Shown here: one piece after another, positions 17,542-25,812 of the stretch
Numbering within the stretch: the first letter of the stretch is position 1
Layout: every line of letters starts with the position of its first letter
Assembly (NCBI GenBank): GCA_022710775.1
Contig: JAKLGH010000002.1
Location: forward strand, 76,707 to 140,706
Source of the DNA: Patescibacteria group bacterium
Lineage (GTDB): Bacteria > Patescibacteriota > Minisyncoccia > Minisyncoccales > UBA5738
DNA: 64,000 bases
Direction of reading: 5' to 3'
Notes under the pieces: model-generated
Told to the model about the DNA's origin: nothing
The model's input: the letters and a program-made list of their open reading frames with translations, nothing else
Database searches by the model: none
Program-made: the position numbers and the translations under genes

Positions 17542-19512
17542 ATGTTCAGTAAAAAAATTGTAGCCAGCATTTTGTGCTTGGCTTTAGCGGTTGCTTTAGT
17601 TCCCGGTGCCAGCCAGGCCGAGACAAGCGCTGCTGATCTTCAGAAACAGATCGCCGATTTGACGGCGCAATTGGCTGCTTTGCAGGCTCAATTGACCGGA
17701 ACAGGGACTGGAACTGCTACCACCGGAACCGCGGCTCCCGCTGCGTGCGCCGGCATCACTTTCTCCAGGAATTTAACAATGGGAGCCTCCGGCACCGATG
17801 TTAAATGTTTGCAAGCGTTGTTGAACCAGAGCGCCGATACCCAGGTTGCCGCTTCGGGCGTAGGATCGGCCGGATTTGAGACTATGACCTTTGGCGGATT
17901 GACCAAGGCCGCTGTCATCAAATTCCAGAACAAATATGCCGCCGAAGTTCTTACTCCGGTTGGTTTAACTATGGGAACGGGTTTTGTGGGCTCTTCAACA
18001 AGAGCTAAGTTGAACGCAATGTTAGCCGGAACAGGAACCGGAACAGGAACCGGAACAGGAACCGGAACCGGAACAGGCACCGGCACCGGAACAGGTACCG
18101 GCACCACCGGAACTTGCAATGGTGATGAAGGAACCATCGAAGTGAGCAGAAATTCTTCTCCCTCCAACCAAACGGTAAACGAAGGGGATGAAAAGGCTGC
18201 CATCTACGGTGTCAAGGTGAAAGCCGTTGATTCCGACATGAACGTTCAATCCATCAAGATTACGTTTGATGCGAAAGCCAGCGACTTCTTCTCCGACATT
18301 TACATCTTTGATGAAGATACCAAGTTGGCGACCAAGGAATTGGATTCCGACACCCTCACCGAGGATGACGGTCTCTATACCGTTTCTCTCACCGGCTTGA
18401 ACACCGTTGTGAAGAAAGGCGCTACCAAGGTTTTCACGGTTAAGGTTGACGTTGTTGACAGCATCAAATCCACCAAGGTGGATGTTGGCGCCGCCGGTAT
18501 CGATGTTTACGCCAGTGGCGTACGGGCGGTTGACGGCGTTTGCTTGAGCGATAACGTTACCGAGGACCAGGATGAAAGGACCGTTAAGGTCGAGGTTGCC
18601 GAAACTAACGAGGCCAAACTCACCTTCTCAAAGGATGAGAACACGCCCAAAGACCGCAACGTTGCGGTTGGTTCCACCGGCGATATGGACGATGTTACTT
18701 TGTATGTCTTCAAGGCGAAAGCCACCAAAGACAAGATTTCCTTCGAAGGTTTGGATGGAATTACCCTTACCGATGAAGGAGGCTTGGTGACCGACCTCGT
18801 CTTGTATGAAGGCAGCACCGAGTTGGCCAGCGGCAGCGAAGATGAAGGTGTTTGGAGCTTCGAGGATTTTGAGTCCGTGATCAGCGAGGATTCAACCAAG
18901 AGCTACACCATCAAAGCCAATCTTGAAAATGTTGAAGATGGCGCCACTTCCACAGTGAGCGTGGAATTGGACATCGACGATGCCAATGTTGACGCGGTTA
19001 ACACCGAAGATGACCAAGTTGATACCAACGACACTACGTTGACCAGCAACGAGATCTATGTCTATGAGACTGCTCCGGAATTCACTTTGTCTTCCGCCAA
19101 GCTCGAAGGCACCGATGCCAATGAAACCGTTGACAGCAAACTTGAGGGAACTTTCTCCATTAAGATCGAAGCGGTTGGCGGCGATATCTACATTCCGGCA
19201 ACGGATGATGATGCCTTCGACATTATCTACGTTAAGGCCGACGATACAGAGGATGATGTTACGACTGTTACTTCTTCCAAGCCCAGCGGTGTGACCGAGG
19301 TTACGGTTGATGCTGTTGACTACTATGTGGTCAGCGAAGACGATACCATTACCTTCACCGTTGACGGTATTGAAACAGGCGCTGACGGTACTTTCGACAT
19401 GCGCGTGTCCGGTATCACTTGGGGATACGGAGATAACGACGACGTCACTGAAGTCACGTCCACTTATATGAGCGATGACTTCAAGACCAACACAGTTACC
19501 GTTCAACAGTAG
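17542..19512 (+). CDS. Secreted cell-surface protein: signal peptide, coiled coil, peptidoglycan-binding domain, (GT)13 linker, acidic beta-rich repeats
   Basis: Signal peptide ends ...GASQA. PG_binding_1-like [16 protein letters not shown]...[17 protein letters not shown]. The long D/E/T/V-rich C-terminal region looks Ig-like. Confidence 0.7.
   Translation: MFSKKIVASILCLALAVALVPGASQAETSAADLQKQIADLTAQLAALQAQLTGTGTGTATTGTAAPAACAGITFSRNLTMGASGTDVKCLQALLNQSADTQVAASGVGSAGFETMTFGGLTKAAVIKFQNKYAAEVLTPVGLTMGTGFVGSSTRAKLNAMLAGTGTGTGTGTGTGTGTGTGTGTGTGTTGTCNGDEGTIEVSRNSSPSNQTVNEGDEKAAIYGVKVKAVDSDMNVQSIKITFDAKASDFFSDIYIFDEDTKLATKELDSDTLTEDDGLYTVSLTGLNTVVKKGATKVFTVKVDVVDSIKSTKVDVGAAGIDVYASGVRAVDGVCLSDNVTEDQDERTVKVEVAETNEAKLTFSKDENTPKDRNVAVGSTGDMDDVTLYVFKAKATKDKISFEGLDGITLTDEGGLVTDLVLYEGSTELASGSEDEGVWSFEDFESVISEDSTKSYTIKANLENVEDGATSTVSVELDIDDANVDAVNTEDDQVDTNDTTLTSNEIYVYETAPEFTLSSAKLEGTDANETVDSKLEGTFSIKIEAVGGDIYIPATDDDAFDIIYVKADDTEDDVTTVTSSKPSGVTEVTVDAVDYYVVSEDDTITFTVDGIETGADGTFDMRVSGITWGYGDNDDVTEVTSTYMSDDFKTNTVTVQQ
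18028..18105 (+). repeat. Hexanucleotide microsatellite (GGAACN/GGCACC)x13 encoding (Gly-Thr)13
   Basis: Read directly: gga aca gga acc ... ggc acc, 13 units in frame. Confidence 0.95.
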
Positions 19513-19551
19513 AACTAACTGATGATTGGCAGCCAGTTTATGGCAAGCACA

Positions 19552-19580
19552 AACCCCCTCGCATGAGGGGGTTTTGCTTT
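19552..19580 (+). terminator. Intrinsic terminator
   Basis: AACCCCCTC-gcat-GAGGGGGTT followed by TTGCTTT. Confidence 0.75.
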
Positions 19581-19607
19581 ACCGTTTTTGGCCCAGAGTA
19601 TTTTATC

Positions 19608-19636
19608 TTGACACGATTGGAGCGGAAAGTTAGGAT
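19608..19636 (+). promoter_or_regulatory. Possible promoter giving a near-leaderless transcript
   Basis: TTGACA-17 nt-TAGGAT, with the ATG 13 nt after the -10. Confidence 0.35.
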
Positions 19637-19648
19637 AATAATACTCAC

Positions 19649-19969
19649 ATGGGAAAAGAAATTAGCGAGCTAATCGAATATTTGGATCAAAAATTCGCCA
19701 AAATCGAATCAACTTTAGTTGTCAAAGCCGACAAGGCTGATATTCAGAATTTGATCGAAATGAAGGCTGACAAATCGGACATCCGGAATTTGGTAGAAAC
19801 CAAAGCCGACAAGGCTGATATCCAAAATTTATTAGACGCGATTGACGGATACGCGCAAAAAGCAGATACATTTTTTCAAGAAATGGTGATGTTGTCTCAT
19901 AAGGTTGACCGGCATGAAAAATGGATTCGGGAAATCGCCAAAAAACTTGGCGTTGAATTGGACTATTAG
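19649..19969 (+). CDS. Small coiled-coil protein with three 13-aa KADKADIQNL repeats
   Basis: 106-aa ORF with heptad-like repeats VKADKADIQNLIE / MKADKSDIRNLVE / TKADKADIQNLLD. No enzymatic motif. Confidence 0.5.
   Translation: MGKEISELIEYLDQKFAKIESTLVVKADKADIQNLIEMKADKSDIRNLVETKADKADIQNLLDAIDGYAQKADTFFQEMVMLSHKVDRHEKWIREIAKKLGVELDY
19721..19837 (+). repeat. 39-bp tandem coding repeat x3
   Basis: Units at 19721..19759, 19760..19798 and 19799..19837 are clearly homologous at the DNA level. Confidence 0.85.
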
Positions 19970-20101
19970 TTTGTTTCTTTTTATTATCCGGCCGCATTTT
20001 TAGCGGTCTTTTTTTTTGAAGAAATTCTGTTAAACTGAAGATATGTTTTTAATGATTTCAAAAGGTAGGGCAGAGAATCAGCTTATCTGCAGCCGGAGCT
20101 A

Positions 20102-20281
20102 AGGGCTCTTCCACAAATAACTTTCCCACCATACCGGCATCTTTGTTCCATCTTCCAAATTTCTTCGGTCGCAATGTTTTCGATGTAGCTATTACTACAT
20201 CTCAAATATTGCTCGGTCAGAAAATTGAAATCCGGGAACAAATCTACTGGCAATATGAGTAAGTTATTTGTGGAAGAGCCC
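20102..20281. repeat. Perfect 22-bp inverted repeat bracketing a 136-bp segment just upstream of the next gene
   Basis: agggctcttccacaaataactt (20102..20123) is the exact reverse complement of aagttatttgtggaagagccct (20260..20281). The ATG is at 20297. Confidence 0.9.
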
Positions 20282-20296
20282 TAAGATCATAATCAA

Positions 20297-22030
20297 ATGA
20301 ACATCGGGAAAGCGGTTATTATCAATTTGTTCGCGATTTATTGTGTCGCGGCTTTAGGTTTGGCTCCGGCCGGGGTTTTGGCCGATAACCTCGGAGATGT
20401 CCATAATTTCAATATTGATAAAACATACGATAGCAAGGGAAGGATAAAAACTTCCGCCCACTTGGCTGTTGAGACCGACAGACTTTATTTTTATGTTGAT
20501 GACGCTTGGTGGAATGGTTTAAACGTTACGGTACAAGGGAATTACAACAATGCGTTCGAAGAGCTGGGCAGGGAGTTTGACGATAATATTTATCTTATGC
20601 TTACCGATGTTTTCGGCAGCGAATCAAATCCGGCCGTTGATCAAGATGGAAAAATTACCATTTTGGTCCACCCGATGATCAAAGAGGCGGGCGGTTATTT
20701 CAGAGCGGCTGACGGATATTCTAAATACGAGATTCCCGTATCCAACGAGCGGGAAATGATCTATCTGAATTCCCGGCGGATGCTGTCGGCCAATATGAAG
20801 GTTTATCTTGCCCATGAATTCACTCATTTGATCGGTTTCAACCAAAAAGACATTATTCGTTCCGTTTCCGAGGATGATTGGTTAAACGAGGCCCGCGCCG
20901 ATTACAGCTCGGCAATACTTGGCTACGATGAACCTTACCGCGGCAGCAATTTGGAGCAGCGGGTTAATTATTTTATCGCGGATCCGCAGGATTCGGTTAC
21001 CGAATGGCTGAACGAGGAAACCGATTACGCATCGGCCAGCCTTTTTATCCGCTACCTAGTGGAGCAGTACGGCGTTAATATTATCGCCGAGACCATGAAA
21101 TCGGGAGAAACGGGCATACAATCTATCAACTCTTATTTAAAGAGAAACGGCTACTCCGAAGATTTTGACCAGGTTTTCGGCAATTGGCTGATGGCCGTTG
21201 CCGTCAACGACTGTTCTTACGGCTCCCAGTATTGCTATAAAGACCAATATTTAAGCGCGATTAAAGTAGCGCCAAAGATCAACTATCTTCCCACGTCCGC
21301 GGAGGCGACTCTTTCGGTGCTTTATAACGCCACATATTACGCTGGTAACTGGCAGAAGATTGTGGGAGGGAAGGGAAATTTGAATCTCGATGTTTTTGGT
21401 GATAAAAACGCAAAATTTTCGATCCGCTATTTTTTATGCGATATCCAGGGGGCGTGTTCAATGAAGACCCTTCCGCTTAACGCAGAGAATCGGGGCAATA
21501 TTTCCCTAAATAATTTTGATAAGGAATATTCTTCTTTAACCCTGGTTCCGTTCGTTAAGGGCGGCTCGAACGGTTTTAACGGAAAACAGCCGTTAATTTC
21601 TTATTCGTTCGCGATTTCCATGACAGGAGCCGGAGCCGAAGACATTCAGCCTCAAGATCCAAACCCCGGGCTGGCCCAATTGGTCGCGCGGATAGATTTT
21701 CTAAAAAAAGAGATTGCGCGCTTGCGTTCCCTCCTCGTTGCTAAAAAGCCTCTAAGTCAGGCCAGCTGTTCAAAAATTGCCATCGATCTGTCTTACGGGT
21801 CCAGCGGGCCGGAAGTAGCATGCCTCCAGGAGCTTTTAAAAGATCAGGGTTCGTCGATCTATCCGGAAGGCATTGTTTCAGGTAATTTTTTGGCGCTTAC
21901 GGAAAGCGCGGTGGTTCGTTTTCAGGAAAAATACGCTTCCGAGATACTGGCTCCCATCGGCTTGAGATCCGGCACGGGTTATGTTGGGCCAGCTACCCGG
22001 CAGACTATTAACCGCCTGCTGGCGGGATAG
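20297..22030 (+). CDS. Secreted gluzincin-like metallopeptidase (peptidase-MA-like) with coiled coil and C-terminal peptidoglycan-binding domain
   Basis: Signal peptide, HEFTH (HExxH) followed by WLNEARADY, and a C-terminal PG_binding_1-like module paralogous to that of 17542..19512 (RFQEKYASEILAPIGLRSGTGYVGPATR versus [28 protein letters not shown]). Confidence 0.6.
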   Translation: MNIGKAVIINLFAIYCVAALGLAPAGVLADNLGDVHNFNIDKTYDSKGRIKTSAHLAVETDRLYFYVDDAWWNGLNVTVQGNYNNAFEELGREFDDNIYLMLTDVFGSESNPAVDQDGKITILVHPMIKEAGGYFRAADGYSKYEIPVSNEREMIYLNSRRMLSANMKVYLAHEFTHLIGFNQKDIIRSVSEDDWLNEARADYSSAILGYDEPYRGSNLEQRVNYFIADPQDSVTEWLNEETDYASASLFIRYLVEQYGVNIIAETMKSGETGIQSINSYLKRNGYSEDFDQVFGNWLMAVAVNDCSYGSQYCYKDQYLSAIKVAPKINYLPTSAEATLSVLYNATYYAGNWQKIVGGKGNLNLDVFGDKNAKFSIRYFLCDIQGACSMKTLPLNAENRGNISLNNFDKEYSSLTLVPFVKGGSNGFNGKQPLISYSFAISMTGAGAEDIQPQDPNPGLAQLVARIDFLKKEIARLRSLLVAKKPLSQASCSKIAIDLSYGSSGPEVACLQELLKDQGSSIYPEGIVSGNFLALTESAVVRFQEKYASEILAPIGLRSGTGYVGPATRQTINRLLAG

Positions 22031-22114
22031 TTTTAGGGAATATCTTGATTAATCTTAAAAAGACACTAGTATCTAGTTATTATGCATAATCCTGGCTAAA
22101 ACAGGAATAAAACC

Positions 22115-23437
22115 ATGAATCTTTACGATCTGATCAAGAAAAAAAAGGCTAAAACCGCCATTATCGGAATGGGCTATGTTGGACTGCCTCACGCGCTGGA
22201 GATCGCCCGCGCGGGTATGCAGGTTTTTGGCATCGATATCCAGCAAAAAAGGACCAACCTGTTGAATGCGGGCAAATCGTATATCCAGGACGTCAAAGAC
22301 AGCGAGCTTCAAGAGATAATCGATGCCAGGAAATTCCAGGCTTTTGCGGACTTTTCAAAACTGGCCGAGGCCGACGTTATTATTATCTGCGTACCAACTC
22401 CGCTCGATAAATACAAAATTCCCGATGTGTCTTACATCGTTAATTCGGTCAATGAAATTAAAAAATATTTTCGGCCGGGCCAGCTGGTCATTCTGGAAAG
22501 CACCACTTATCCGGGTACGACCGACGAGGTGATTTTGCCGATTTTGCAGGAATCCGGTTTGAAGTGCGGCCAAGATTTTTACCTGGCGTTCGCTCCCGAA
22601 CGCATCGATCCGGGGAATACTATGCCGCTAAACGAGGTGCCAAAGGTTGTTGGCGGCATAACAAAGGAATGTACCGCTTTGGCTGTGTTGTTTTATTCCC
22701 AATTCTTAAAACACGTTCATCCGGTCTCAACCGCGCGCGCGGCGGAAATGACCAAGATCCTGGAAAACACCTATCGCCTCATCAATATTTCGGCGATCAA
22801 CGAACTGGCGATGCTGGCCGGAAAAATGGACATCGATATTTGGGAAGTGATCGAAGCGGCCAAAACCAAACCCTACGGCTTCCAAGCCTTTTATCCGTCG
22901 CCAAAAGTAGGCGGCCACTGTATTCCGCTGGATCCGTTCTATCTGTCTTGGAAAGCCAAAGAATATAATTTTTGGGCCCACTTTATCGAGCTGGCGGGTG
23001 AGATCAACGATCAGATGCCGCATTATACGGTAACGTCGGTGATAACGGCTTTAAACCGCCAAGGAAAGGCTCTTAAGGGTTCCAAAATCCTGGTTTGGGG
23101 AGTAGCTTACAAAAAAGACATCGATGATCCTCGCGAAGGCGCGGCTTACGACGTCATTCCTAATTTAATGAGAAAGGGCGCCCAAGTCGATTATTTTGAT
23201 TCCCTTATTCCGGAGTTCCGCATCCCGGCGGGCAATTTCATGTTGGGCAATTCGGATCCGATAATATTGAAATCCATCGAGAACGGCCTGGAAGCCGCTA
23301 AAAATTATGACGCGGTGATTATCCTTTGCGACAATTCCGGCTTTGACTATGTCGAGTTGGCCAAGAACGCCAGCCTTGTGATCGATACGCGGAACGCGAT
23401 CAAATCCCGCGAATTTAAAAACGTATACCGTTTTTAG
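22115..23437 (+). CDS. Nucleotide-sugar 6-dehydrogenase, WbpA/WecC-like (UDP-N-acetylhexosamine dehydrogenase)
   Basis: Rossmann IIGMGYVGLP and catalytic-Cys region VGGHCIPLDPFYL typical of the UDP-glucose/GDP-mannose dehydrogenase family. Operon context with WbpB/D/E/I-like genes. Confidence 0.8.
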   Translation: MNLYDLIKKKKAKTAIIGMGYVGLPHALEIARAGMQVFGIDIQQKRTNLLNAGKSYIQDVKDSELQEIIDARKFQAFADFSKLAEADVIIICVPTPLDKYKIPDVSYIVNSVNEIKKYFRPGQLVILESTTYPGTTDEVILPILQESGLKCGQDFYLAFAPERIDPGNTMPLNEVPKVVGGITKECTALAVLFYSQFLKHVHPVSTARAAEMTKILENTYRLINISAINELAMLAGKMDIDIWEVIEAAKTKPYGFQAFYPSPKVGGHCIPLDPFYLSWKAKEYNFWAHFIELAGEINDQMPHYTVTSVITALNRQGKALKGSKILVWGVAYKKDIDDPREGAAYDVIPNLMRKGAQVDYFDSLIPEFRIPAGNFMLGNSDPIILKSIENGLEAAKNYDAVIILCDNSGFDYVELAKNASLVIDTRNAIKSREFKNVYRF

Positions 23438-23499
23438 CAAGCAAGAACAGCAAGAAGAGCTGAAACAGCAAGAAAAGCGGGTAAGAGAGCACAGCAAAA
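23437..23499. repeat. Purine-rich 9-nt quasi-repeat tract (left arm of an inverted pair around a 4HB gene)
   Basis: Units are gcaagcaag aacagcaag aagagctga aacagcaag aaaagcggg ... . 23450..23472 pairs with the reverse complement of 23915..23936 (21 matches, 1 mismatch, 1 gap). Confidence 0.8.
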
Positions 23500-23522
23500 A
23501 AAATACAAAAAAATTTAAGAAG

Positions 23523-23876
23523 ATGATCAAGACGTTTAAAGATATCAGGGTATGGGAAAAGACGCATGGATTGGTATTGACGGTTTATAAAGTTACCGCT
23601 AAATTTCCCGAAGAAGAGAAATATTGCTTATCTAACCAATTGCGGAGAGCCAGTATATCGATACCTTCAAATATTGTTGAGGGTTTTAGAAGAAATACCA
23701 AAAAAGACCGAAATCATTTTTACGTCATCGCGAATGGCTCCCTGGAAGAAGTTAAATATCAATTACTATTGGCAAAAGATTTACGATATATCAACGATTT
23801 GAATTATGAAGAATTGGTCAAGCAAATGGATGAAGTCGGAAAAATGCTATCAGCCTGGATAAAATCCCAATCCTAG
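23523..23876 (+). CDS. Four-helix-bundle protein of the '23S rRNA intervening-sequence protein' family
   Basis: VWEKTHGLVLTVYKVTAKFPEEEKYCLSNQLRRASISIPSNIVEGFRR...IANGSLEEVKYQLLLAKDLRYI is the family signature as I know it. Confidence 0.85.
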   Translation: MIKTFKDIRVWEKTHGLVLTVYKVTAKFPEEEKYCLSNQLRRASISIPSNIVEGFRRNTKKDRNHFYVIANGSLEEVKYQLLLAKDLRYINDLNYEELVKQMDEVGKMLSAWIKSQS

Positions 23877-23914
23877 GTATTTTACTTTTCTCGCTATTCT
23901 AGCTAATTAGCTAA

Positions 23915-23948
23915 CTTGCTGTTCCAGCTTTCTTGCTTACTAGCTTAT
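23915..23948. repeat. Pyrimidine-rich tract (right arm of the inverted pair) plus dispersed repeat copy
   Basis: cttgctgttccagctttcttgc is the reverse complement of the left arm. 23926..23948 is 22/23 identical to 16481..16503. Confidence 0.8.
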
Positions 23949-23955
23949 CAAAATT

Positions 23956-24756
23956 ATGAATTACGCTATTATCGGTACCGGTTTTATTTTCCGCAAACAT
24001 CTCCAGGCCATTCGGGAAATCGGTGGCACGGTTGTTGACGTGTGCGATATTACCCACGGGCGGGGAGAGGAATGGAAAAAAATCGTCAAAAATCCGGAGG
24101 CGGATTGTGTTGTAATTCTCGCGCCCAATTATCTTCACTATCCGATCGCCTTGGCAGCCGCCGACGAGGGAAAATTAGTGTTGGTTGAAAAACCGCTGGC
24201 TTTAAAGTCGGAGCATGTCGAAGAACTGGCCAAAAGAAAAGATATCTTTATCGTCCAGCAGCTGCGGTATCATCCCGAGATCAAGCGGCTGGAAAAAGAG
24301 ATCGCAAAAAACAAACATCACGATATAAAAATGGATATCTCGGTTTATCGCGATGATCATTATTTCAACGGCTGGAAAGGCGATATTGAAAAATCCGGCG
24401 GTCCGCTTTTCACGTTGGGCGTTCATTATTTCGAATTATTGCTGCATTTGTTCGGTCCGGTGCTGGAGGCCAAGATGGATAAATTCGACGGAAAAACGGG
24501 TGTCGGGTTCGTCAAAGGTGCCAATTACGATTGCCAATGGCGCGTATCAGTGGGAGCCGCGATAAACGATCCTTGGAAGAGGGAATTCATTATCGACGGT
24601 GAAGCGATCAACCTTTCTTCAAAGGAAAATTTGGCCGAGGAAAACCTGCACCAGTTCGTTTACCGCGATTTAGAAATTAAGCAAGGAGTTGTTCCTAGTG
24701 ATGTTTTGCCGGTAATCAGGCTTATAGAAAAATTATATGGATCCCACCATTCATAA
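23956..24756 (+). CDS. Gfo/Idh/MocA-family oxidoreductase, WbpB-like (short form)
   Basis: N-terminal Rossmann [11 protein letters not shown], the VLVEKPLAL motif and operon context. Confidence 0.7.
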   Translation: MNYAIIGTGFIFRKHLQAIREIGGTVVDVCDITHGRGEEWKKIVKNPEADCVVILAPNYLHYPIALAAADEGKLVLVEKPLALKSEHVEELAKRKDIFIVQQLRYHPEIKRLEKEIAKNKHHDIKMDISVYRDDHYFNGWKGDIEKSGGPLFTLGVHYFELLLHLFGPVLEAKMDKFDGKTGVGFVKGANYDCQWRVSVGAAINDPWKREFIIDGEAINLSSKENLAEENLHQFVYRDLEIKQGVVPSDVLPVIRLIEKLYGSHHS

Positions 24757-25375
24757 AACCGCTGAAGTTTCCTCCGAGGCCAAAATCGGCAACGGAACCA
24801 AGATCTGGCAGAACGCGCAAATTACTAAGGGCAGCGTTATTGGTGATAATTGCACCATTGGCCATAATTGCGCAATTTTTGGCGCCAAGCTTGGCAATGG
24901 GGTGAAACTTCAGGCCAATACCGATGTATGGGTTGGCGTGGTTCTGGAAGATTATGTTTTTGTTGGTCCGTCGGCGGTTTTTACCAACGACCCCAACCCG
25001 CGCGCCAAATATCCTAAGAAAGATTTTCCTCAATACGGGCAATGGCTGCCGACGCGGGTTATGGAGGGCGCGAGCATAGGCGCGAATGCCACGATTATCT
25101 GCGGCTCCGTGATCGGCAAATGGGCATTTGTTGGCGCGGGAGCGGTTGTGAAAGGCAATGTCCCTGACTACGCCGTGGTAGCAGGCGTACCGGCCAAACA
25201 GATCGGATGGATGTGCGAATGCGGAAGCAAGCTAGCATTTAAGCCAAGCAAGCCGGCTAAGCCTGTTAAGTTTATTAAGCAGGTTAAGTTAGAAATCAAA
25301 GAAACAGCAAAATGCTTGGTTTGCGGCAGGATTTACAATAAAAAAGACGGAAAAGTGGAGAAGATAAAGGAATGA
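24737..25375 (+). CDS. Left-handed beta-helix (hexapeptide) N-acetyltransferase, WbpD-like, with a repeat-derived insertion in its C-terminal Cys motif
   Basis: Hexapeptide repeats [32 protein letters not shown]... . The C-terminal CECG...CLVCG pair is split by [21 protein letters not shown], encoded by a 7 x 9-nt tract. Confidence 0.75.
   Translation: MDPTIHKTAEVSSEAKIGNGTKIWQNAQITKGSVIGDNCTIGHNCAIFGAKLGNGVKLQANTDVWVGVVLEDYVFVGPSAVFTNDPNPRAKYPKKDFPQYGQWLPTRVMEGASIGANATIICGSVIGKWAFVGAGAVVKGNVPDYAVVAGVPAKQIGWMCECGSKLAFKPSKPAKPVKFIKQVKLEIKETAKCLVCGRIYNKKDGKVEKIKE
25229..25291. repeat. Seven in-frame 9-nt TAAG-type quasi-repeats (left arm of an inverted pair around the second 4HB gene)
   Basis: Units are aagctagca tttaagcca agcaagccg gctaagcct gttaagttt attaagcag gttaagtta. 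25264..25279 matches the reverse complement of 25789..25804 at 14/16. Confidence 0.8.
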
Positions 25376-25749
25376 CAAGTATGGGAAAAATTATTTCGTT
25401 TCATGATTTATCGGTTTGGCACAAGGCACATTGTTTGGTTTTGCAGGTTTATAAAGAGACAAAAGAATATCCCAAATCAGAGATTTACGGTTTAACAAGC
25501 CAAATCAGAAGAGCAGCTGTTTCCGTTGCTTCTAATATAGTTGAGGGATTTGAAAGAAAGAGCGCCAAAGATAGCCTCCATTTTTATAACATAGCTGACG
25601 GATCGCTCGAAGAGCTTCGATACCAATTACTATTAAGCAAAGATTTGTTTTATCTTGATGAATGTAAATATGCTGAATTGGTTAAACTGTCGGAAGAAGT
25701 GAGTAAAATGCTCAACGGCTGGATCAAGTCGAATCTCAAAAGTCAGTAA
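25372..25749 (+). CDS. Four-helix-bundle protein of the '23S rRNA intervening-sequence protein' family (second paralog)
   Basis: [53 protein letters not shown]...[26 protein letters not shown] overlap with the upstream gene. Confidence 0.85.
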   Translation: MTSMGKIISFHDLSVWHKAHCLVLQVYKETKEYPKSEIYGLTSQIRRAAVSVASNIVEGFERKSAKDSLHFYNIADGSLEELRYQLLLSKDLFYLDECKYAELVKLSEEVSKMLNGWIKSNLKSQ

Positions 25750-25812
25750 ATTAAGTCTATTAAGTGTTTACTTAACAAGCTTAACTAACTTAAAAGACTT
25801 AACAAACTTCTT
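25750..25812. repeat. Intergenic spacer consisting exactly of seven 9-nt CTTAA-type quasi-repeats (right arm)
   Basis: Units are attaagtct attaagtgt ttacttaac aagcttaac taacttaaa agacttaac aaacttctt, immediately followed by the ATG at 25813. Confidence 0.85.

Noticed and set aside
17688-18203. 171-aa minus-strand ORF with a (Pro-Val)n run
   Set aside because: It is the antisense image of the in-frame (Gly-Thr)13 hexanucleotide repeat. The + strand protein has a signal peptide and a PG-binding domain, whereas the antisense ORF has no start context.
23523-25749. Diversity-generating retroelement, because the 4HB proteins belong to the same superfamily as Avd
   Set aside because: The window contains no reverse transcriptase gene and no template/variable repeat pair with A-specific mismatches.
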